The notes below the pieces were generated by a model. The model did not search any database and had not been told where the DNA came from. It worked only from the letters and a program-made list of their open reading frames with translations. A DNA stretch of 64,000 nucleotides from Camelus dromedarius (Eukaryota), in contig NC_087455.1 in NCBI RefSeq assembly GCF_036321535.1, forward strand, positions 434,001-498,000. Direction: 5' to 3'. Shown here in pieces: positions 57,201 to 64,000 of this stretch. Numbering within the stretch: the first letter of the stretch is position 1; every line of letters starts with the position of its first letter. Made by a program: the position numbers and the translations under genes.

Positions 57201-60200
57201 GCACCATGACATTGGGATGACTGCTGACGTTCTGTGAGGCCTGGGAGCCAAGCGGCACCACAATGCCATCCGTCCCGGTTCTAGGCTTGGCTGGATAAGG
57301 GCCACTGAGGAGTTCAGCTTGTCAGGTCAGCCCTCGGCCTTGGCGCTCTGCCTGCTGCCCAGGGTGCTGGGGGCCGGGGCAGCGGAGGAAAGGAGGCGGG
57401 GCACGCCCAGCAGCAGCTGCACCTGCGACTGGCCTGCAGCTTCTAACTTGTTTTTTAATCCCCTCCAGTGACTTATAAAAAAAGCTTTTAATTTTAGAAT
57501 AACATTAGATTTACAGAAACGTGGGAAGATAGTACAGGGGTCCCACACGCCCTACTCCAGTTTCCCTAGTATTAGCGTCATCCTTTAGCTGATGTGCAGC
57601 TGATTTACAATGTTGTTCGCCTGTGGTGTCCAGCACGGTTGACTCAGTTACACAAACACGTTTTCTTTTCCATCACAGGTTATTACAAGGCACTGAATCT
57701 AGTTTGCTGTGCCGTACAACAGGACCTTGTTGTGTATCTGTTTTATACACAGTAGTCTGTATCTGCTAATCCCAAATTCCTAATTCCCCTTACCTTTGGT
57801 AACTGTAAGAGTGTTTTCTACGTCTGTGAGTCTGTGAGTCTGCTTCTGTTTTGTAAATAAGTTCACCTCTATCATTTCTTAGATCCCACATGTAACTGAC
57901 ATGGGATGCTCGTCCTTCTCTGTCCGACTAATATCACTTAGCGTCATCATCTCCAGGTCCATCCACGTCACTGCAGTTTCCCAATTATTAACATCTCGCA
58001 TTAGGGTGGTGCAACTGCCAGAAGTAAATGACTCAATATACTTTACTGTTAACTAAACTCTCCATTTTGTTCACATTTCCTTGGTTTTTACCTCCCAACC
58101 TTCTGTTCCCAGGCACCAACCAAGATGCTACATCACATTCATGTCTCCTGACGTTCCTCTGGACTATGGCAGTGTCTCAGGCTTTCCTGGTTTCTGATGA
58201 CCCTGACGGTTCTGAGGAGCATTGGTCTAGGGGTGTGTAGAATGTTGCTCAATTTGGATGTGTCTGATGTCTTCCCATGGTTAGCTCGGGTTATGTAAGT
58301 TTTTGGAGAGGAACACCAGACGTGACGCGCCCTTCCCACCACCCCCTGCCAGCATGACTCATCACTGCTGTGCTGACCCTGGTCACCTGGCAAGGCCTGT
58401 CAGCCAGGTGTGTCTGCTGGATAGTCACCCCCCCATCCTTGGAAGGAAGGCACCATGTGCAGCCCACACTCAAGGGGTGGGAGGTATGTGTCACCTCCTT
58501 GGAATTCTCTGCATGGGAATGTGCTCCAGCGACACTTTGTTCAATTTCCTTCCCTCTTCTGTCTTGCATTTCTCTGTCTTGATGGTTTTTCTCTACTTCC
58601 TTGAGCAGACAGAGCATTTTAGTCATTGTTTCAATGTCTTCATTAGGCCTCTCACTGTGCCTGTCCCTTCTCTGTTCCAGGTCACGTGCTCCTGCCCGCT
58701 GGCTCATCTGCTGGTTTTGACAGGGTCCTGGACTCTGGAACTTTCGTGTCTGGGTTCAGCTGTCTTCCTTTCAACAGCACTGCACTCTCAGTTCTGGTAG
58801 GAGAGGATCAACCTGATCAGCACCTCTTGATGCTGGTTTTCAGGCTTGTCTACACTGCTTGTGGGCCGTCCTTTTCTCCAGGCCACAAGTCCAAGCTCTG
58901 GCTGTTCTGAGGTCCCTGTGATGCTCTGCATGTTTAGTGGCTTTGCTGCTCTGGCTGTGAGAACTTAGATAACTCACAGCCCTGTGTGACACTTACCTCA
59001 TATCCCCTTGGTAGCTGTTCTTTCTCTAGAAGGTTCTTGGATGGCTTCATGGGTCTCACCCTGTGGACAGGCGAGTCAGCACTCAGCCAGAGCCCCACAG
59101 GCTCATGTGCAGACAACGGGAGCTCTTTCTTGGCACAGCCCCCTCCTCTGGGACCTCGCCTTCAAGTTCTAGCTGTCCTCGCTTCTCCAAAGGCCGGGCT
59201 CTCCAAGTTTGAAAACTGCCTTCAGGTAGGAAGCCTGGGTGCCTGTGTGGCTGCCCTGCCCTTCGTTAACAATCGTGAATGCTGTTCAAGGGTTAAGTCT
59301 ACGCTGAAAATGTTCTGCAAGTCCTACCATAAGGGCCGTCAAGTCTGAGAGGGTCTTCTGGTGAATACAACATCTCACCTCTCTTGCCTCAGAAGTTCAA
59401 GGCCCCTCCTGGGCTTACCACGTGCAATTCATGCAGGAAGTCTTAGCTTATCCTTGGATGTAAGGAAAACCAGTGACGGGATGTGGCAGGGCAGGGAGAC
59501 CTGGCTGCCCTGCTGCTGGCTAGGGAGCAAGGCCCTGAAGCACAGTTCTTACAAGTATCAAGTCTTGCAGTGAACTCAGAGCCTGCGGCCTGCCTTCCCA
59601 CAGGGCTGTGAACACCCTGAAATGCACAGAGTTCTGCATGAATGTACTTTTTTATAGAAGGGGGGTCTGTCTTTGAATATTTTCTCAAAGGCTCCATGAC
59701 CCAAAAGGGTTACCAACCACAGGGTTCCACAAGGCCTATCTGCGCTTTTCAAATCTGCCCACTAACAGAAGGCCCGTTTCAGTCCCCCAGCCAGAGAGAC
59801 TGGTCTGTGTGATATGCTCTGCCTTCCTGGACGCAGCTGACTGACCCCTCCCTGGGCTCCAGGAGCAAAGGGCGTGTAGCTGGAAGCAGTGCACAGTGTG
59901 AGCGCTGGGCTGCATGGACGCAGAAGCAGACAAAGGCAGTCTGTGAGCGAGGAGGTAGGGGAGCACCGAGCCGCATGCAGAAAGGGGAGGCCACTCCTCT
60001 CCCCTCCCTGGTCCTGATTTCGTCCCTGTCTGAGGACAAGACTGTCTGCACTGTCCTCATGGTGCTTTCCTATCTCTGCTCCAGCAGCACAGCCTGTGAC
60101 CAGAGTGTCCCTGCTCATTGCTGGCCCTGGCCCCGAACTTGGGTCTCTAGGCCCAACTGAACATGTGCACATGGACGACTCTGCTGACTCTGCCAGGGCT

Positions 60201-63200
60201 CAGGAGGGAGGAGACTGTGGGGAAACACGTGGGACTGGCCTCCCTCCTTTCACAGCCTGTAAGGCCAGCCTCTTCTCCTCCCTTCAGCCCTCAGGGAAGC
60301 CCTGCAGCCAAAGATGCAGGCTCCAGGGTCTGCAGCCCAGCCCCTGAGATGGGAGCGACCGCTCACTCCCAGGTGGGTACCGTGGGCCCCACTGACCCCT
60401 CCTGATCCTTTAAACAACAATTCTGGGCACACACGGCCTGGCGCAGCGGGACGGTCCCAGGGGTCCTGTGTGCAGCTACCCTTCTCCGAGGAGGCTGCAG
60501 CCCAGACCTCCAGCCCCTTCCAAGACCCTGGGCCCCAGCCCTACCCAGCACCATGGCAGGAGACAGATGGGGAGGCCACACACAGAGCCTGTTGTTCATA
60601 GATCTCTGCCTGTCTCGTCCATTTGTCCACGCAAATATCTGAATATTGCTGCTGAAGGGGAAAGGTGGTTCTCTGTAGAAGCCCAAACCTAGCCTGATGA
60701 ACACCGTTGCAGTCAGTCGAGTGTGGCTGGGTCTGGCTTGGGAGACACAGGTGCTGCAGAGGCAGGCGGGAGCCGAAGCCGGACGTCGTGGAGGGAGCGC
60801 GGCCTCATGTCTGGCCCTGTCGCCTCCAGCCCTCCCTTGTTAGGGTTCCTGAGACTCAGTGTCCATGTCTGTAAACGACTGTCCGCCACAGGAGGGGCTG
60901 AACGAGGACAGCTGTGCTCTCGCTGGCACCTCACAGGCCAGTCGGCAGCTACCTCAGCCCCGCAGTCAGGGCGGGCCCAGGCCTGCTGGGCCACGCCGGC
61001 CTCTGAGAACAGCTGGGCAGGCTCCCGGGCCGCGGAGGAGGGGCCCGCACGTCACTAGAGCTCTGGGAACAGCCTTGGCCCACTGGGAGCGGCCAGTGTG
61101 ACCGGGACCCTTCTCAAGGGGTCTCGCAGGGGCAGGTGACCTTACTGCAGGTATTGCTCTCCACCCGGGCACCTAGCCCCTCCAGAGGGACTTTCTGTCC
61201 ACTGGCACTCACATGGGCCACCTGGAACTGGCTCTGGCCTTGGCGACCTCCAGTTCCTCAGTGAAGGAGGCCCTTACTCTCAGGTGGGGTGAAAATGAAC
61301 AGCCTCCTTAAACTGTTCCCGGGTTCCTCCAGGCCTCACTCTGGCCCTGCTCTTGAAGCTGGATGGGCCTGATCCTTGGAGCATCCCTGTGGGTGTGGGC
61401 GTTAGGGCAGCCGCAGTCCAGCCCCAGCCATGCTCATGGTCACCAGATTCCCTCCTGAGGGCAGTGGGAGCCACGGTGCCTGAAGGTCCTCTCTGAGGAG
61501 CAGCCCCATCCCTAGAGGCCCTGCCTATTCAGCGGTGGCTCCACACCAAGTGCATCTTCAGTTGGACAGGAGTTTGGAAGGGCGGGAAAACCAGCACTAC
61601 CCTCTGGGACAGTGACCTGTTGGTCCATCCCTCGGGCTGTCCAGACCTGGTCCTGCTGGCCAGAGTTTCTGGGGCTGGACGCTCCCCTGGGAACTCAGCC
61701 TTGAGAGCCAGCGCCATACCTCCAACTTCCCCTTGTGTTCCAGGTGAAAAACGCAGAGGTCTTCTCTCGGGAGAGTGGGGAGAAAGCTTCCAGCACAAAG
61801 GCGAGGGCACCAAGGGCACAGACATCAGAACCTTCCAAGCCTTTGAAACCTGGACTCCAGGCGGTGAGCCTGTAGAAGACTCCGTGAGGACTTTTTTGCG
61901 GGACCACTTACTTTCTCAGGGCTAAGCAGCTTCCACTGCTGAGCTAGTGCTGGGTCTCTGCACTCATGGTTGGCGCTGGCCCCCACTGTGTCCTGCACCA
62001 AGCACAGCTGCTAGACCTGGTACAGACCAGGTGGCATTGAACACTGCTCCCGACGGCTCCTCATGCTCCAGGGAGAACGTGCCAACAGGACTGGTGGGTG
62101 GTACAGACCCTGTGAGGGAGGCTGTCATAGCCTGGATCATACCCCACTTTCCTGCTCAAAGGCCTTGCCCAGAACACAGGCAGCGGGGTCCTGGAGAGCA
62201 CCCTGGTGCTCATCACCCACCAGCATCACAGTCTTTAAGCAGAAACAGCAAGCAGATTAGAGGCAGGACAAATCACCCTTGTAGGATTAAGCTCAGAATA
62301 TCCCAAAGCATCTCTGATGCCCCTCCCCAAACTGGATAAGAGTGTCTCCCAGGAGTTAAGAGGCAGGAGAAAGAGGAGAAAGGAAGGATAAAGACAGAAA
62401 CATGTGGTCATTTTCTTTGGCCAGCAAAGTTCAAGGCCTAGACTGAAGGGATGTTGGTAACGTGAGAGTCTGTGGGAAAGCACACCGGCTATTTGGGAAT
62501 AGCGCCCATTAAAGAAACAGGCAGTGGGATGGAAGATGCCACACAGAGATGTCACTAGGACCAACACAAAGTGTCTCCAACAAAAACACTGCATGATTTG
62601 TAGTCTCCGTATTCCCAGTCGAGGCAGAGCTTCAGCAGACAGACAACTCAAGAACGAGAGAACCTGGCTTCTAGCTCTGAGCTCATTTCAGCCCAGACTA
62701 CTCCTCATTCCTAATGGCTTAAAAATATGAAAAGGACATACTTAGTAGAGAAGGAACCCAGCTTGCTCAGGAGAGCAAGCAAGTCTGGAAGCGCCCAGAG
62801 GCTCTACTTGACCAGGGTGGCCTAGGCTGAGTTATGGCTCCGGCCTTCCTGGGACACGACGTCACAGCCAAGATGTGAACAGCAGATTCGGATCTCCAAC
62901 TCCAGAACAGTCTCTGATTTACCTCTGGCAAACTGGAGCTGTCCAGTCTACAGGGTCAGACCATGTAAACAAGCCTGCTGCCAGGCAACTGGAAACAGGG
63001 ACATGAATAAAGGCGCCCTGCGAGGCAAGGAAAACGTCGCTCTGGAGAAACCCAGCTCCGGTATCCTAACACAGGAGGGAGAGCAACCTGAACTTACGAC
63101 GTTTTGCTTTCTGTCTTTGCCCCCTGTCGTTTTACACTAAAGCAGCACTCTCCCACTCCTGCGCCAAGTTCTGATTTTCTCCGAATAGCTGCCGACCATA

Positions 63201-63641
63201 CCACCCTGGTAACTCATTTGAGAAGACACGGGGGCACCTGGGCGTGACGTTGGCGAGCAAAACCGGGTGCTGTTCTCCAGGCCGACCCGCTTCCGCAGTT
63301 GTCCAGTTAGTGGGCAGAAGACCAAAGAAGGAGAAGCCCTTCCTCCCCAGCCCAAGCAAACGGCGTGGGCAGGAGCAACGCGGAGCGGGCCTGGGACGCT
63401 GTTCCCGACCCTCCTCGGGCTCCCCGCCCCCACACCCGGGCCGGCGAGGAGGGGGCCGGGCCTGCCCTGCCCGGGGACGAGCCGCGGCCTCCCTGCCCCC
63501 GGCCGGCGCGCCCCAGCCCCTCACCGGGCTCCAGCAGATAAGCGCGTCCGTGTCCGGGTCGCTCACGAGGGTCCACAGCTTGGTCAGGAAAGCCGGGACG
63601 TTGCTGGGCCCCGCCGCGCCCGGGCCCACGGGCAGATCCAT
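45215..63641 (-). CDS. HSF1: Heat shock transcription factor 1, 13 coding exons, 525 aa (alpha form)
   Basis: Exons (plus coordinates) 63525-63641, 50336-50444, 49790-49926, 49399-49523, 47950-48025, 47817-47878, 47637-47733, 47417-47553, 47070-47339, 45796-45901, 45655-45720, 45509-45578, 45215-45420; total 1578 nt, GT-AG. Translation includes [23 protein letters not shown], the DNA-binding domain [22 protein letters not shown], the [12 protein letters not shown] and C-terminal KAKDPTVS*. Confidence 0.98.
46648..46731 (-). CDS. HSF1: 84-nt alternative cassette exon of the HSF1-gamma isoforms ([28 protein letters not shown])
   Basis: Acceptor ttgcag| at 46731 and donor |gttagc at 46648; 84 nt; phase 2 at both ends, matching exons 9 and 10; peptide matches the recalled HSF1-gamma insertion. 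Confidence 0.8.
51850..54330 (+). mobile_element. Two old L1 segments in tandem (ORF1 remnant about 51850-52822; 5'UTR/ORF1 remnant about 52823-54330) in HSF1 intron 1
   Basis: A-rich ORF1-like text (gatgttggacttactagacaaagactttaaa; aacctgtcaaccaagaattctgtatctagcaaaactatcc) followed by a new L1M-type 5' end. Confidence 0.75.
54340..56363 (-). mobile_element. Old L1 ORF2/ORF1 remnants in reverse orientation, with a nested MLT1 LTR 3' fragment at about 55190-55385
   Basis: T-rich L1 RT text (ctcaccattaagtatgatattaggtataggttttttg...gttgaaccatctttgcattcttagggtaaatcccacctgg); MLT1 end ctcagaaactgtgagataacaaatgtttcttg...gcaatagataac. Confidence 0.75.
56371..57432 (-). pseudogene. BORCS5: Processed (retro) pseudogene of BORCS5 (LOH12CR1/myrlysin) in HSF1 intron 1
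   Basis: Minus strand gives intronless, frameshifted BORCS5 text: [86 protein letters not shown] is replaced by CTG at 57362; stop at 57329-57327; 3'UTR ends in CATAAA and an A-rich tail (56371-56380). Candidate TSD cctgcag(t/c)ttc at 56364-56374 and 57433-57443. Confidence 0.88.
57445..58500 (-). mobile_element. L1MC-like 3' fragment with a younger L1 3' end nested at about 57585-57975
   Basis: The inner element reads like the reverse of a cetartiodactyl L1 3'UTR; it is flanked by a degenerate duplication (agtttccctagtattagcgtc / agtttcccaattattaacatc); the outer sequence mirrors the L1MC text at 13150-13665. Confidence 0.6.
60393..60729 (+). repeat. Diverged direct copy of 44695-45061 (HSF1 3'UTR end plus flank / DGAT1 distal 3' region)
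   Basis: Exact 24-mer atagatctctgcctgtctcgtcca at 44913-44936 and 60598-60621; exact 21-mer ggaggctgcagcccagacctc at 44792-44812 and 60490-60510; 50/66 identity over the first 66 aligned bases (hand count). Confidence 0.9.
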
Positions 63642-63699
63642 ACCGGGCAAGGCAGGGAGAGGCAGAGGTAGCGATCGCGAGGAGAGGCTGAGGGCCAGG

Positions 63700-63792
63700 C
63701 TAGCGGCGCTGCCGCGCCTGCCGCCCGGGCCGCGCCGCCGCCGCCGCCCGCTGCGCACACACAGCCCCGGGGCCTAGCATGGCCGCGGCCAT
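63700..63792 (-). other. Upstream ORF in the HSF1 5' leader (30 aa, [30 protein letters not shown])
   Basis: aagATGG strong Kozak at 63792; second in-frame ATG at 63780; TAG at 63702-63700; ends 58 nt before the HSF1 ATG; out of frame with HSF1. Confidence 0.6.
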
Positions 63793-63959
63793 CTTGAGAC
63801 GGGCGCGCTCCCGCCGGCGCCGCCCGCCAGCCCGCGTCCCCACGGCGCGCGCGCGCTGGCCCCGCCCATCGCCCTCTGACCCCACCGGCCCCCGCCCCCA
63901 GGCTCACGCGGTCGCGTCGCTGCCGGAAGTGGCGGCGCGAGTCGGGACCTGCCGGGAGC
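63793..63959. promoter_or_regulatory. HSF1/BOP1 bidirectional CpG-island promoter
   Basis: Only 318 nt separate the two main ATGs; (GC)6 at 63845-63856; GC boxes at about 63859-63868 and 63889-63898; ETS site CCGGAAGT at 63923-63930; YY1-like AAGATGGC on the minus strand at about 63788-63795. Confidence 0.85.
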
Positions 63960-64000
63960 ATGGCGGGCGCGCGAGGCGCGGGGCTCGGGGCGGCGGCGGC
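63960..64000 (+). CDS. BOP1: Start of BOP1 ribosomal biogenesis factor (exon 1, cut off by the window edge)
   Basis: agcATGG gives MAGARGAGLGAAA, resembling the recalled human MAGSRGAG; head-to-head with HSF1 as in human synteny. Only 13 codons are visible. Confidence 0.75.
   Translation, partial: MAGARGAGLGAAA

Noticed and set aside
59023-59042. HSE-like array (tCTCt aGAAg gTTCt tGGAt) in HSF1 intron 1, suggesting autoregulation
   Set aside because: Only two perfect units with two mismatched flanks, inside probable old-repeat sequence; likely chance.

Overview
Mammalian genomic DNA, GC-rich and gene-dense, with seven N-gaps. A tRNA-derived SINE present twice resembles the camelid SINE family, so the species is probably a camelid (inference). 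Gene order matches the human 8q24.3 block in reverse: FBXL6(+), TMEM249(+), about 16 kb of repeat-rich intergenic DNA, SCRT1(+), DGAT1(+), HSF1(-), then the first codons of BOP1(+), head-to-head with HSF1. FBXL6, DGAT1 and HSF1 were rebuilt exon by exon with canonical GT-AG boundaries and intact frames (533, 488 and 525 aa). TMEM249 also rebuilds cleanly but its start codon is uncertain. SCRT1 zinc fingers 2-5 fall inside a gap. I see no CRISPR array, rRNA, true tRNA gene or prokaryotic element, and I cannot support a wholly new biological system. The best leads are: (1) a diverged ~0.35 kb copy of the shared DGAT1/HSF1 3'-end region inside HSF1 intron 1; (2) a 30-codon uORF in the HSF1 leader; (3) a processed BORCS5 pseudogene in HSF1 intron 1; (4) a perfect STAT5/GAS site carried by a solo LTR ~1 kb upstream of DGAT1; (5) an internally deleted L1 joined through microhomology; (6) tandem RE1 sites upstream of SCRT1; (7) an intact HSF1-gamma cassette exon. 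Comparisons with human or cattle orthologues are from memory, not from a search, and need checking. Repeat family names are tentative until RepeatMasker/Dfam is run.
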